Shown: positions 37,877-49,470, counted from the first letter of the stretch. The stretch: DNA of 64,000 bases from Candidatus Heimdallarchaeota archaeon (GCA_030603365.1 JAUVXV010000012.1:1-64000); one strand, 5' to 3'. The notes: generated from the sequence alone by a model not told the origin. Made by a program: numbers and translations.

Positions 37877-38761
37877 ATGAGTACTGAAATCATTACTATA
37901 ACAGATGATTGTATAGGATGTGGCAGCTGTTCGGATGTTTGTCCTCGATATATCTTTGATATTGTTGACAAGAAAGCTGTAACTAATCAGAATCTTTTCC
38001 GCTGTCATGACTGTGGTCATTGTGTTGCAGTATGTCCTGAAAATGCTATAATCCAACACAGAATGATAGAGAAATCTCTAGAAGAAGATTTCCCTATGAA
38101 AGGAAAAACATTATCCTACGAACAGGTTCTGGAAATTATTCGTCAAAGAAGATCCATACGCTATTTTTCAAAGAAAAAAGTCACAAAGGAACAGATTGAA
38201 CAGTTGATAGCATTAGGAAGATATGCTCCAACCGGTCACAATGATAGAAAAGTCTGTTATACTATAATAAATGATAGAGAAAAACTCGAATATCTTTTAG
38301 ATACAATGATAGAATTATTCAAGAAACTCAAGAAACAGCTGAATAGTACTTTATGGAATTTTCTTGCAGTATTAGCAGGTAAGAAGAAATTCTTTGATAA
38401 AGCTAAGAAAAGCCTGTATCGATTAGAGAGTCACATTGAGCATTGGGAAAAAGGTATAGACAAAGTACTGCATTATTCATCCACTCTAATTCTTATTCAT
38501 ACTGATAACGAAACTTCTGCACCAATTGAGGATTGCAATATAGCAGCTCAGAATATAGCTTTAGGAGCAACAACACTAGGATTAGCAGCGACCTTCATAG
38601 GATATGTTCAAAAGAGCTGGGAAAATTCTAAAGAAATAAGAGAGATCATTAATTTACCAGAGAATCATACACTCTTTGCATGTTTAGCTGTTGGATTTCC
38701 AAGAAATAATTACAAAAGATTAGTTCCAAGACCAGAACCTTCTGTAACCTACTCAAGCTAA
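37877..38761 (+). CDS. Nitroreductase family protein with N-terminal 2x4Fe-4S ferredoxin
   Basis: CIGCGSCSDVCP, CHDCGHCVAVCP, RRSIR, APTGHN. Confidence 0.9.
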   Translation: MSTEIITITDDCIGCGSCSDVCPRYIFDIVDKKAVTNQNLFRCHDCGHCVAVCPENAIIQHRMIEKSLEEDFPMKGKTLSYEQVLEIIRQRRSIRYFSKKKVTKEQIEQLIALGRYAPTGHNDRKVCYTIINDREKLEYLLDTMIELFKKLKKQLNSTLWNFLAVLAGKKKFFDKAKKSLYRLESHIEHWEKGIDKVLHYSSTLILIHTDNETSAPIEDCNIAAQNIALGATTLGLAATFIGYVQKSWENSKEIREIINLPENHTLFACLAVGFPRNNYKRLVPRPEPSVTYSS

Positions 38762-38834
38762 TCAAACCCTTATTCTAGAAAAGAATTTTATATGATATTC
38801 GCTTTGCTTATATGTTGGACCTCGGTGAACAGAA

Positions 38835-40770
38835 GTGTCTCATGAACAATCCAAGATAATTTTAGAATTGGAAGATTTGAAGATTAGAGGTAAATATGAC
38901 GAAATTTTAGATCAAGTCGATTTAGTACTTCAAAGGAAGGAAATAGCTGCAATCGAGAAGATCCGAGTTAAAATAATCAAGTGTGAGGTTATATCATTTT
39001 TAGGTCAAATAGAATTTGATTCAGAGAAACTAGATGAAAGTTATAGCTTATCAACAAATCTAATTACAGAAACTGAAAAACTTGGGGATATAGTTCTCAT
39101 CTTTGATGCTTATTACTGTAATACCAAGTGTCTGCTTGATAATGGAAAAAATGAGGAGTACTTAGAAGGTGTAAAAAAGCTTGAAGAGATTTTTGCTAAG
39201 CTAAAGGAAGAAAATGAGCTAATTGCAAATGAGAAAAGGGCTTCTCTTATGTTGGTATCTTCTTCTGTTGGTAAGGTAGAAGTAATTCTTGGTAAAAAGC
39301 AAACCTGGGATTTTAATGAAACAATTGCACTACTTGTAAAGGGGATAAAAGAGGCTAGAAAATCTGAAAATACAGAGATTCTATATAATTTATTATATTC
39401 ATTAGTAGATACTCATTTTCAAATCGGACAATATGATAAATCAATGGAAGTAGTGCATGAAGCAATGGAAATTGCTGAAGAAAATAATAATGAATATTTG
39501 ATAGCACACTCTTTGCGTGAAATCGGACTAATTTACTGGATGACAGGAAAATGGAATTCTTTTTTAAAGACTACTAAAAAAGCCTTAGAAATCAAAGAAA
39601 AGATTGGGAATCAAAGATTCTTAGCTCACTCAATTTATTTCTTAGGTTTTTTTTATGCGGAAACTGGTGATTGGAAAGAAGCTCTAAAGTGTTTTCAGAA
39701 AGCTTATGATATATGGTCTGAGAATGGTAAGAGAAGTGATGAAATACAAGGATTACATAACTTAGTTTTATGTTATAGACAGTTTGGAGAGCTGGATAAA
39801 GCGTTAGAGTACTTGAAGAATTTGTATGAAATTCAAAAGAAAAAAAAATGATATTAAGTCCTATTTTACACTCAACAGTATGGCAGATATATATCTTGAA
39901 AAGGGGGAGCTGGATAAAGCATTAGAACTGTCCGAAGAATCGCTTAAGTTCAACATGCAAATAGGTGCTAAAAGAGATATTGCAATAAATTGTGATTTAA
40001 TTAGTACGGTTTATGAGAGAAAAGGATCATTTAAGAAAGCTTTGAACTATCGGGAAAAAACAATCAAGATATATACTGAATTAGGAAATAAAACTCATCT
40101 CACAGATAGTTTATACAGGAACTTAATACTTGCTTCAAATTACAATAAAATGGATCTGGCAAAAGAATACTATAATAGAATTGAAATGATTGTTGAGGAA
40201 ATTGATCATAAAAATTACAAACAATTAACTCTGCTTGCTGAAGGTGTTATTTTAAAGGGTAGCAAAGAAACTCGAGATAGAGATCGCGCTGAATTAATAT
40301 TTGATCATCTCCTTCAAGAAGATGTAAAATATATGCTTAGAATTGAAATTCTTCTTCAATTATCTGATTTATTATTGTTTGAGCTCAAAGCAACCTCTAA
40401 TGAGAGATATCTATCTAAACTTCAGAAGAACATTAGTAACTTAGTTGACATTGGCATGGAGAACAATATTCCACTAATTGTTGTAGAAAGCTTATGGTTT
40501 AAATCACAATTATCTCTATTGAACCTTGATTTTGATAAAACTAGAGAGCTGTTAACACAAGCTCTTAACATCGCTGAAGATAAAGGACTAAATCATTTAG
40601 CATTAAAGGTAACTAGATCTAAGGAAGAACTCATTCGACGGATAATAGAACTGGAAAATCTTGAGCTAGCTTCTCCATCACTTTCTGAAAAGATGGAACT
40701 AATTGATATTGATAAGGGTTTTAAGGAAATTAAGAGTTCAGAAATGTTTCAGTTCAAACAAAATATTTAG
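38835..40770 (+). pseudogene. TPR protein, paralogue 1, split by a frameshift in an A9 run (or a sequencing error)
   Basis: ORFs 38835-39851 and 39826-40770 together are colinear with intact paralogue 49671-51644; the break is at A9, 39840-39848. Confidence 0.85.
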
Positions 40771-40848
40771 CATCATAGAAATAAAGATATTTTGGGAACA
40801 CTTTTAGTTCTTGAACACTATAGTATATTGTATTCACAAAGGTGACTA

Positions 40849-42816
40849 GTGATGGAAAAGAGCTTCACTTACAGACTAAATGATCTATATGAAGAACTAG
40901 TTGAAGGAAAATATCATGAGCTAATTGAAAAAACAGATGAGATTATACAAAATGAAGAAGCTCCTGTTGAAGAAAGAATTGAAGCAATGCTAGCTAGAAG
41001 CTGGAGTCTCTACTATCTTTCCATTTTTGAATTCAGAGAGGAGTATAATGAACAAGCATTGGAAACAATATCAGAAGCCTTTCAGAAGAGTTCAGAAGTT
41101 GGAAACACTTTACTTATGTTTGAAACAATTTATATGAAAATATGGTCCTTCTCTAAAAATTATAAACATGAAGAAGTATTAGAAAACATCGAAATAGCTG
41201 AAGAGATTTATGGGAAATTAAAAGCAGAATATCCTGATCTATTGAAAGAAAAGAAAGTGTTTCTACTCAGCCTATATGATTTAGGATTAATTCATAAAGA
41301 AGATGTTATTGAAAATTATAAATGGGATTTTCAGGAATCAATTGATTGTCTGGAAGAAGCTTTACAGTTAAATGCTGATTCAAGGGGAAAAGGAACTGTA
41401 TTGAGTAAAATATTAATTTTGATTTTATATCGTCAAATTAGCTTGTCACATGATAGAATAAGTGAGTATAATAAGGCAGTAGAATACAGAAAGAAAGCAC
41501 TAACAATCGCAGAAGAAAACAAGAATGAATATTGGATGAGCTTTATTCTTCAGTTAATAGGAAGGGCATACTGGAGGAAGGGAGAATATAATCTTTACTT
41601 AGAATATACATACAAAGCTCGAGAAATTTCAGAGAAACAAGGTAATATAAGAGGTATAGGATCATCTCACCATAATATTGGGATCTATTATGGAGAGATA
41701 GGTGAGTGGAAAAAATGTCTTGAACATTCACAAAAAGCTTATGATATACTGTCAGAGGATGGTAAAAGAGAAGGAAGTTATATTATTGCACAATTAACTA
41801 ACAACATTGCTGCTTGTAATGTTTGTATGGGAGACTTTGATAAAGCTCTGACACACTTTGATAAGGGTATTGAAATTAGTAAAAAAATAGGAAATGAAGA
41901 ACTAGTTTTGAATAATCTTGGAAACAAAGCGATTGTTCACAAAGAGATAGGAGAATTAGATGTTGCTTTGAAAATTCAAGAAGAAAGGTTAGAATATTAC
42001 GAAAGAAGAGGTTTCAAAAGTTTAGTATGTAATGCTCTATGGAACATAGCCTTAATTTATCAAGCTAAAGGATTATTCAATAAAGCACACGAACATTTTA
42101 AAGAAACATTGCAAATTTATGATGATTTAGGTAATAGAAGTCAAGGTGTTTCTATATTGTATAGTCTTGTTCTTCTAGGAGTGGAGTTTGACAAAATAGA
42201 ATTAGCAAAAGAATATTATCAAGAGCTAGAAAAAAGATCAGAGGATGTTGAGTACAAAATTACAAAAAATCAAATTCTTCAAGCAGAAGCTGCAATTTTG
42301 GCAAGAAGTTCAGTTGCTAGAGATAGAATTAGAGCAGAAGTAATCTATGAACAATTGCTAAATGAACAACTTGAATATCAGACTCATTTAGGGATAATTT
42401 TCCATCTTTGTGAACTTCTTTTATCAGAATTGAAAGCTAGTTCTGATGAAAGAATTCTAGCCAAACTTCAGAAATATGTAGACAAAATGATAGAATTGTC
42501 AACTAAGAATTATTTTACTCTGCTGATTGTTGAAAGTCTTTGGTTTAAAGCTCAACTTTCCTTGCTAAACCTAGATTTTGAAAAAGCTAAGGAGTTACTC
42601 ACTCAAGCTTTGAACATAGCTGAGGAGAAGGGGTTGAATCGTCTTACTTTGAAAATTATGAAAGCAAAAGAGCAATTAGTCCAACAATTAATGGAATTAG
42701 AAGACATGGAAAAAGAATCGCCAACTATTTCTAAAAGGATGGATACTATCAAAATCGAGAATGGTTTCAAAGAAATAACTAGTTCACAAATGTATCAGTT
42801 CAAACAAAATATCTGA
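40849..42816 (+). CDS. TPR protein, paralogue 2
   Basis: Repeated NIGxxY...GEW/ALxxxxKA units; family C-terminus ESLWFKAQLSLL...IAEEKGL. Confidence 0.9.
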   Translation: MMEKSFTYRLNDLYEELVEGKYHELIEKTDEIIQNEEAPVEERIEAMLARSWSLYYLSIFEFREEYNEQALETISEAFQKSSEVGNTLLMFETIYMKIWSFSKNYKHEEVLENIEIAEEIYGKLKAEYPDLLKEKKVFLLSLYDLGLIHKEDVIENYKWDFQESIDCLEEALQLNADSRGKGTVLSKILILILYRQISLSHDRISEYNKAVEYRKKALTIAEENKNEYWMSFILQLIGRAYWRKGEYNLYLEYTYKAREISEKQGNIRGIGSSHHNIGIYYGEIGEWKKCLEHSQKAYDILSEDGKREGSYIIAQLTNNIAACNVCMGDFDKALTHFDKGIEISKKIGNEELVLNNLGNKAIVHKEIGELDVALKIQEERLEYYERRGFKSLVCNALWNIALIYQAKGLFNKAHEHFKETLQIYDDLGNRSQGVSILYSLVLLGVEFDKIELAKEYYQELEKRSEDVEYKITKNQILQAEAAILARSSVARDRIRAEVIYEQLLNEQLEYQTHLGIIFHLCELLLSELKASSDERILAKLQKYVDKMIELSTKNYFTLLIVESLWFKAQLSLLNLDFEKAKELLTQALNIAEEKGLNRLTLKIMKAKEQLVQQLMELEDMEKESPTISKRMDTIKIENGFKEITSSQMYQFKQNI

Positions 42817-42903
42817 CATTAATACTATAATCAGGTAATTTTTAGGGGAAGAGTTTTATTTATTTGAAGAGTTAACGTTTATGTTTCATAAAGGGGAAAA
42901 ACA

Positions 42904-44907
42904 GTGGCCGAATCAATCTCTAAGGAATTAAAGGAAATAGAACACTTAACAATAATAGGAAAATACTATGAAGCTATAAAGAACACTGAGAATATTCTAG
43001 AGTTAAAAGAGCTTAGTGAAAAAGAAAGAGTTCGAGCATTGATTTTACAGAGTAAGAGTTTCTCTATGCTAGGGAAATTTGAATTTAGGGAGGAATATCT
43101 TCAGAGAAGCTTAGAATTATCATTGTTAGCTTTTAACAAAAGCAAGAAATTAAATGATCTAGTTTTTACAGCTGAAGCTCTTACTTGGAATGTATGGGTT
43201 TCCAGTTTTGGTCTGGAATCTATGGGGGTCCAAAAATTTGAACCTAATGATTTTTTAGAAAAAGAAAAGCAATTAAATGATATATACGAGGAAATGAAGA
43301 TAAAAGAGATCTCTGTTCCTAAAAAAACAGAAGCTCTGATTCTTTTAGTTTTGTCATTAGAATCTTATGGTAAAGCAGAAATTATTGAACAATACTCTTG
43401 GGACAGAAAAGAAGATCTAGAGTTATTAGAAAAAGGTTTGAAACTAATAAATGAAGTAGATAATAAAGAAAATAGAATGTTCTTGTACTGGTTCAAGGCT
43501 CAAATATTCAATGATATTGGTGACTACGATAATGCAAGAAATTCCTATGAATTTGGATTAAGTATTGCTGAGGAGTTAAGTAATGAATATTTTATCAGTT
43601 TTTTTCTTTATCAGATTGGAATGATTTATTGGCAGATGGGAGAACTTAACCTATTGTATGATTTCATGATTAAATCCCTGGAATTTAGAGATAAATTAGG
43701 GAATATTCGAGGAACTGGTCAGATATATTTTCGTCTAGGTGTTTTCTATGGAGAAACTGGAGAATGGAAAAGAGCTCTTGAGCATTTCCAAAAAGGATAT
43801 GATATTTTATCAGAAAAAGGTAAAATAGAGAGCTATAACTCCTTGCTGATGAATATCGGTGTATGTTTCTCTCTAATGGGAGACGTTGAGAAAGCTTTGA
43901 AATATTCTCAAATAGCTTACGAAACGAATAGAAAACTAGGTAAGACACGTTTTGCATATCAAAATCTCACAAATATAGGTTTGATACATGCTAGTAAAGG
44001 AGATTTGGATAAAGCTTTGGAGCTATATGAAGAGATTCTAGCCTATTATGAAAAAACAGGATATAAAATAGGAATATTTGGAACATTTAATAATATGGGA
44101 AGGTTGTATTTTCGTAAAGGAATGTTCTATAAAGCTATTGAATTTTGTGAAAAAGCTCTTGTTTTTTTTCAAGATATAGGAAACAAAACTGCTATAATTT
44201 CAACTCTGAATTATTTAGCTATAATATCATCAGAGCATAATAGAAGAGATTTAGCAGAAGTTTATCAAGAGAAACTAGTGGAAATTGCTGAAGATGTTGA
44301 GTACAAGAATATTAAACGATTATCTCTTGTATCAGAAGCTGTAATACTCAAAAATAGTACAAAATCAAGAGAGAGGATTAGAGCTGAAGTACTATTAGAT
44401 CAACTATTACAGGAAGATTTACATCTTGATTTACAAACAGAAGTTCTCTTTCATCTCTGTGATTTATTACTAAAAGAATTAAAAGCAACGTCTGATGAGA
44501 AGATTTTGGTTAAGCTTCAGAAATATGTCAGTAGATTAATAGAAATTGGAACCGCTGTAAACTTTCCCTACTTGACTTGTGAGATTTTGTGGTTTAAATC
44601 CCAATTATCTTTAATAGATGCAGATTTAGATACTGTAAAAGAATTATTAAACCAAGCTCAAGAAATTGCAGAGGAGAAAGGATTTAATCTGTTAGCACTT
44701 AAGATAATCAAAGCAAAAGAACAACTAATTAAGCAAACAATTGAACTAGAAGATCTGGGGATGGAAACATCATCAATCTCACAGAAAATGAATGTTATAA
44801 AGGTTGAAAACGGTTTCAAGAGGATTAAGAATGATGAGAGGTTTGCACTAAATATAGAAAAATTGGTAAGAGCAGATCAAGCGCATCAGTTGAAACATCA
44901 TGTTTAG
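42904..44907 (+). CDS. TPR protein, paralogue 3
   Basis: Same architecture and LWFKSQLS...IAEEKG tail. Confidence 0.9.
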   Translation: MAESISKELKEIEHLTIIGKYYEAIKNTENILELKELSEKERVRALILQSKSFSMLGKFEFREEYLQRSLELSLLAFNKSKKLNDLVFTAEALTWNVWVSSFGLESMGVQKFEPNDFLEKEKQLNDIYEEMKIKEISVPKKTEALILLVLSLESYGKAEIIEQYSWDRKEDLELLEKGLKLINEVDNKENRMFLYWFKAQIFNDIGDYDNARNSYEFGLSIAEELSNEYFISFFLYQIGMIYWQMGELNLLYDFMIKSLEFRDKLGNIRGTGQIYFRLGVFYGETGEWKRALEHFQKGYDILSEKGKIESYNSLLMNIGVCFSLMGDVEKALKYSQIAYETNRKLGKTRFAYQNLTNIGLIHASKGDLDKALELYEEILAYYEKTGYKIGIFGTFNNMGRLYFRKGMFYKAIEFCEKALVFFQDIGNKTAIISTLNYLAIISSEHNRRDLAEVYQEKLVEIAEDVEYKNIKRLSLVSEAVILKNSTKSRERIRAEVLLDQLLQEDLHLDLQTEVLFHLCDLLLKELKATSDEKILVKLQKYVSRLIEIGTAVNFPYLTCEILWFKSQLSLIDADLDTVKELLNQAQEIAEEKGFNLLALKIIKAKEQLIKQTIELEDLGMETSSISQKMNVIKVENGFKRIKNDERFALNIEKLVRADQAHQLKHHV

Positions 44908-44981
44908 AGAAATTTTAATTAAATACCACTAATACAGAAAAGAGTTTTATTCTAGTTTCACCTATAATATATATTCCATAG

Positions 44982-46955
44982 GTGAAAAAGCTGTCTTTAA
45001 CTATAATTGAAAAAATAGAAGGGCTCAAATCACTTTATCTTTGTGGAAAGTATCATGAAGTTCTAAATGATATTAAAGGTCTTGTAATGAAGGATTATGA
45101 AGAAAAAAATGTTGTTGATCTATTAATCTTACAGAGTAGATGTCTTTATCGATTAAGAGTATTCGAATGGGAACCGAAATATAATGATGAAGGTTACAAG
45201 AAAATTAATGAAGCTTATGTAAGAAGTAAAAAATTGAATGATATTGATCTCATTTTTGATTCTCTTTACACAAAGATATGGTATACCAGTCTCAAAGACA
45301 AACACGATGAAGTAATGATGTTATTTGACGAAGCAACATCCGTCCTTGATGAAATTGAAATCATGTTTCCTGAATCCTATGATTTCAGAAAAGCTATGTT
45401 GCTATCTTTAGCTGAGCTAAAACAATATAATATACAGAAATTGGATAAGAAAATCAATAGTGACTATAACCAGCTTGTTAAAATTTTCAATGAGGCTTTA
45501 TCACTTGCTACAAAAAATAAGATCCCAGAAGATCCACTTTCTAAAGAACTACCTCTATTTCTTTTAGGTAGTCTAGGAATTTTTCACAATATTAATAACG
45601 ATTATGAAAAAGCACTCTATTATTTCAATCAGGCTTTAGAGGTTGTTGATAAAATCGGTAATGAACATTGGAGAAGTGAGTTGTTCTATAGAATAGCAAT
45701 GATGTCTTGGATAAAAGGTGACTATGATTCTTTTCTAGATTATGCTACAAAATCAATGGAAATAAGAAAAGAAATTGGTAATGTGAGAGGTTATGGACGA
45801 TCTTGTGGAGATTTAGGAATATACTATTGTGAAATAGGTGAATACAAAAAAGCTCTTGAACAATTTCAGAAAGCCTATAACATCCTCTCAGAAGATGGTA
45901 AAAGAGAGGATGACTTCTACCATTTAGACAATATTGGAGTTGCATATTTCTATCTAGGAGAAGTTGATAAATCATTAGAATATTATCAAAAATCACACAA
46001 GATTCTTCTAAAAATAGGTAACGAGTATGGCGTTTATCACATTCTTGGAAACATAGCAGGAACATACCAACTTCAAGGGAAATTGGATAAATCCTTAAAG
46101 ATTCAAGAAGAAAGAGTAGATTATTATAAGAAAAAAGGATATAAAGTTGAGTTATCACAGGCTCTATATTGTATTCATCTGGTCTATAGAGATAAAGGCC
46201 AAGTCAATAAAGCTTTAGAGATACTCAAGAAATCATTGACTATTAGAAAAAAAATAGGTAATCCATTCCATATTGTATCTACTCTTTATGAATTGATCAA
46301 GTTTACCTCCAAAAATAATTGGAAAGAAATAGCTGAACAATACTTTGAGGAATTAAAAGTAGTTATGAAAGATATTAAACATGAAAAAACAAAGCGTTAT
46401 CTATTGCTTACTGAAGGTTTAATCCTGAAAAACAGTGCAGAAATAAGGGAAAGAATAAGAGCAGAGGTGCTCTTTGATACACTCCTGCAGGAAGATCTAA
46501 ATTATCATCTTCTTGTAGAGATTTTGTTTAATTTATGCGATTTATTATTATCTGATTTAAAGCGTACGGGGGATGAAAAAACCCTTAATAAGCTTCAAAA
46601 TCATATAGATACTCTAATTCAAACTAGTACTAAAAATAACATATATCAATTAAAAATTGAAAGTTTGTGGTTCAAAGCTCAGTTGTCAATACTAGATGGC
46701 AAATTTGAAGATGCACAACAACTCCTTTCACAATCTTTAGCTCTAGCAGAGGACAAGGGATATAACATGTTAATTGTGAAAATTAACAACTCTAAAGATG
46801 ATGCAATTAAGAGAATAATTGACCTTGAGAAAGAAGCTGTAAGTTTATCAATTCAGGATAAAATGGGAATTCTAAAGCTTGAGAACGGTTTTAAGGCTAT
46901 TAAGGAAGCAAAAGTTTTCGATGCTTCTGATCTTCAATTAAAACAGCATGTTTAA
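44982..46955 (+). CDS. TPR protein, paralogue 4
   Basis: Same architecture and LWFKAQLS...LAEDKG tail. Confidence 0.9.
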   Translation: MKKLSLTIIEKIEGLKSLYLCGKYHEVLNDIKGLVMKDYEEKNVVDLLILQSRCLYRLRVFEWEPKYNDEGYKKINEAYVRSKKLNDIDLIFDSLYTKIWYTSLKDKHDEVMMLFDEATSVLDEIEIMFPESYDFRKAMLLSLAELKQYNIQKLDKKINSDYNQLVKIFNEALSLATKNKIPEDPLSKELPLFLLGSLGIFHNINNDYEKALYYFNQALEVVDKIGNEHWRSELFYRIAMMSWIKGDYDSFLDYATKSMEIRKEIGNVRGYGRSCGDLGIYYCEIGEYKKALEQFQKAYNILSEDGKREDDFYHLDNIGVAYFYLGEVDKSLEYYQKSHKILLKIGNEYGVYHILGNIAGTYQLQGKLDKSLKIQEERVDYYKKKGYKVELSQALYCIHLVYRDKGQVNKALEILKKSLTIRKKIGNPFHIVSTLYELIKFTSKNNWKEIAEQYFEELKVVMKDIKHEKTKRYLLLTEGLILKNSAEIRERIRAEVLFDTLLQEDLNYHLLVEILFNLCDLLLSDLKRTGDEKTLNKLQNHIDTLIQTSTKNNIYQLKIESLWFKAQLSILDGKFEDAQQLLSQSLALAEDKGYNMLIVKINNSKDDAIKRIIDLEKEAVSLSIQDKMGILKLENGFKAIKEAKVFDASDLQLKQHV

Positions 46956-46980
46956 GATACAATAATTATGTTATTTCTTC

Positions 46981-47922
46981 TTATTTTTTGTTCTTCTTAA
47001 CATATTCCAATAGATTCAGGATAATTCGAGAGTCTGATTCTGGAAGAATAACTACTTTTTCAATTCCCTCACTACCTTTGACTGTTATTTCTAATCTTCC
47101 ATCAGGATGGATGATGGATGATTCAATCGCAGGAATAGGTCTAGCATAGGTTGTTCCTCCTGGAATTTTCACAAATAATCTCTTATTTGATATCCATAAT
47201 GTTCCATTTTGCCCTATAACAGGACCTACTACATCACGAACTGAATCAATGTAGAGTATCTTCTCTCCTTCTAACTCTTGAATATCATTCATTTCTGAAG
47301 TAAGAGATCTATTAATAGAAGATAATGCCATCAGCTGATCTATTGCTAATGAGAACAAGGGATCCTCTATAGAAACAAACTGTACTCTATCTCCTTTATC
47401 AATCAGAGCAATGAGTCTATGTCTTGCAAAAGCTACTAAGGCATCTGAATCTCCACCTGTGGCATAGAAATTAAATTTATTTCCTTGAAAGAATCTGTTA
47501 AACAGACTCTCATCACTAGAAAAAATGTAGATATAATCCTCTGCTCTGAGCTTTTCAGTAAAATTTCCTATTGAATGAAATCCATATTCGTGTGCTCCAC
47601 CAGCTGTTTCATATGATCTTTCTAAAGCATCTGATAGACTAGTAGATGCATCGCTGAATTGTTTAATAAAATCTTTGAATCTTTTAATAGGTTTATCAGC
47701 AAAGTAAATTACAGGTTTAGTATCTTCATCCTTTCCTACGAATCCTTTGTTATATAATTCTTCTAATACACCATATATCTTAGCTTGTGGTATCTTGGTT
47801 GCTTTGGCTAACTCAGGTGCACTTGCTTTTCCTAATTTTACTATTTCTAAGAAAGCTCTTGATCCGTACTCAGAGAATCCTAGTAGTTTTAGTTTGTCTA
47901 CTAAATCACTTTGCTTTGACAT
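46981..47922 (-). CDS. TrmB-family wHTH regulator with a C-terminal PH/GRAM-like segment
   Basis: LKLLGFSEYGSRAF...SAPELAKATKIPQAKIYGVLEELYNKGFV is a TrmB HTH; C-terminal GTLWISNKRLF. Confidence 0.8.
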   Translation of the reverse strand: MSKQSDLVDKLKLLGFSEYGSRAFLEIVKLGKASAPELAKATKIPQAKIYGVLEELYNKGFVGKDEDTKPVIYFADKPIKRFKDFIKQFSDASTSLSDALERSYETAGGAHEYGFHSIGNFTEKLRAEDYIYIFSSDESLFNRFFQGNKFNFYATGGDSDALVAFARHRLIALIDKGDRVQFVSIEDPLFSLAIDQLMALSSINRSLTSEMNDIQELEGEKILYIDSVRDVVGPVIGQNGTLWISNKRLFVKIPGGTTYARPIPAIESSIIHPDGRLEITVKGSEGIEKVVILPESDSRIILNLLEYVKKNKK

Positions 47923-48066
47923 TCTGGTATACCTTAACTACGTGTCTTTAAAAACATATCTGTTCATTTACTACTGCGGTAGTAAGTCGAATGACAATCC
48001 TTATATATGTCGGCACTTACTACTGGAGTAGTAACATAAAAAGTAACTACCGTGGTGTGAAAAAAA

Positions 48067-49470
48067 ATGTCAAAATCAAGAATGCGATACATGAACGGTC
48101 TGGTCGTTGTGGCTATAGTTTTCATTAGCTTAGCAATCGTACCAGTTGGTGTTTTATCTGGTGTGATCTTCAGTGAAGGTGGATATAATATGCATGAATT
48201 CACTGTTGGTCCCAATGACAATCAAACTGTACATATGCAGGTTATGGGAGATCTTATGTTCTATTATGACGTAGCATCTTATCCTATTAGTTCTGAAGAC
48301 ATAGAGATTTATCTCTTAACTGATGCTCAATATATTAGTTGGAGTGGTGACAATACAACTCCTACTGAGTATGTACTTTCTACTACTGGAGACCTCCCAT
48401 TCAGGTGGATAGAGGCAAAAGGTGAAGATCATTATCTAATCGTATACAATTACGATGGTGTGGAAACACTCGATGTTGAGCTTCATTATGTAACAGCTGA
48501 CAGAGCTAAAGTAATCGCCTTATTATCTGTAGGAATATTCTTCTCTCTATGGGTAACTATTCTAACACTTTATACTATAGCATATATTCTAAAAGTATTA
48601 ATTTTCATTCCTATTTTTGGATTAAGATATACTAATGGTGATAGCAGAAGGAAAGAAAGAAGCTATAGTTATGACTATAGAGTTTCTCGAGCTCCTGCAG
48701 CTCCCGCTACCCCAGCAGCGCCAGCAGCACCTGCTGCAAAAGGTATCCCTGCTGTCAAAGCAGCACCAGCTGCTAGACCTATATTACCTAAAGCTCCTCA
48801 AGCACCTATTCCTGTTGGACCAGCTGCTCAAAACATTTCTGCTAACTATATTATAGCAGGAACAGCAAGAGATTATCCTAAAGATGATTTCAAAAGATTC
48901 TGGATGAAAACTTGGGATGGATCAGGAATTGCTGAGAAAGTTCTAGTAGTTATAGCACTATTCTTCTTACTAACTGGTGCAGTAACTACCACATGGTATA
49001 TTTTAGCTGTCTTCCCCTTAACTCTGCTTGGTATAGCAACAATAGTATTCTTCACAAATCGTAACCGACGTGAAAAACTGGTCAGATTAGTCGAAAGTCA
49101 TGGCGCAATCTACATCAGTGATGCTGCAAGAATACTTCGAACATCTACTGAGTTCATCAGAATGGATGCATGGAAGATAGTAAACCTTGGATTAGGCCCA
49201 ATAGCATTTGATACTCAAAACCATATCCTCTTTGACGTCACTAAAGTCGATCCATCCAAGGCTGGTAAAATGTCTCCAGAAGCTAAGAAAGTTCATGATG
49301 AGTTAGTATCTGAAGTCGCTGAGAAAGAAACAAAGGACAAAACAGAAGAAAAGAAAGTAGTTGAAGTTGTTTCAGGCGAAGAGGTTAAGTGCCCCTTCTG
49401 TGACAGTAATAACCCCCCTGACTCTTCATTCTGCATAAAATGCGGTGCAAGCCTAAAGCCTGCAAAATAA
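48067..49470 (+). CDS. Multi-pass membrane protein with extracellular beta domain, Pro/Ala linker, wHTH/PCI-like domain and zinc ribbon
   Basis: About four hydrophobic segments; APAAPATPAAPAAPAAK; CPFC...CIKC at the C-terminus. Confidence 0.75.
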   Translation: MSKSRMRYMNGLVVVAIVFISLAIVPVGVLSGVIFSEGGYNMHEFTVGPNDNQTVHMQVMGDLMFYYDVASYPISSEDIEIYLLTDAQYISWSGDNTTPTEYVLSTTGDLPFRWIEAKGEDHYLIVYNYDGVETLDVELHYVTADRAKVIALLSVGIFFSLWVTILTLYTIAYILKVLIFIPIFGLRYTNGDSRRKERSYSYDYRVSRAPAAPATPAAPAAPAAKGIPAVKAAPAARPILPKAPQAPIPVGPAAQNISANYIIAGTARDYPKDDFKRFWMKTWDGSGIAEKVLVVIALFFLLTGAVTTTWYILAVFPLTLLGIATIVFFTNRNRREKLVRLVESHGAIYISDAARILRTSTEFIRMDAWKIVNLGLGPIAFDTQNHILFDVTKVDPSKAGKMSPEAKKVHDELVSEVAEKETKDKTEEKKVVEVVSGEEVKCPFCDSNNPPDSSFCIKCGASLKPAK

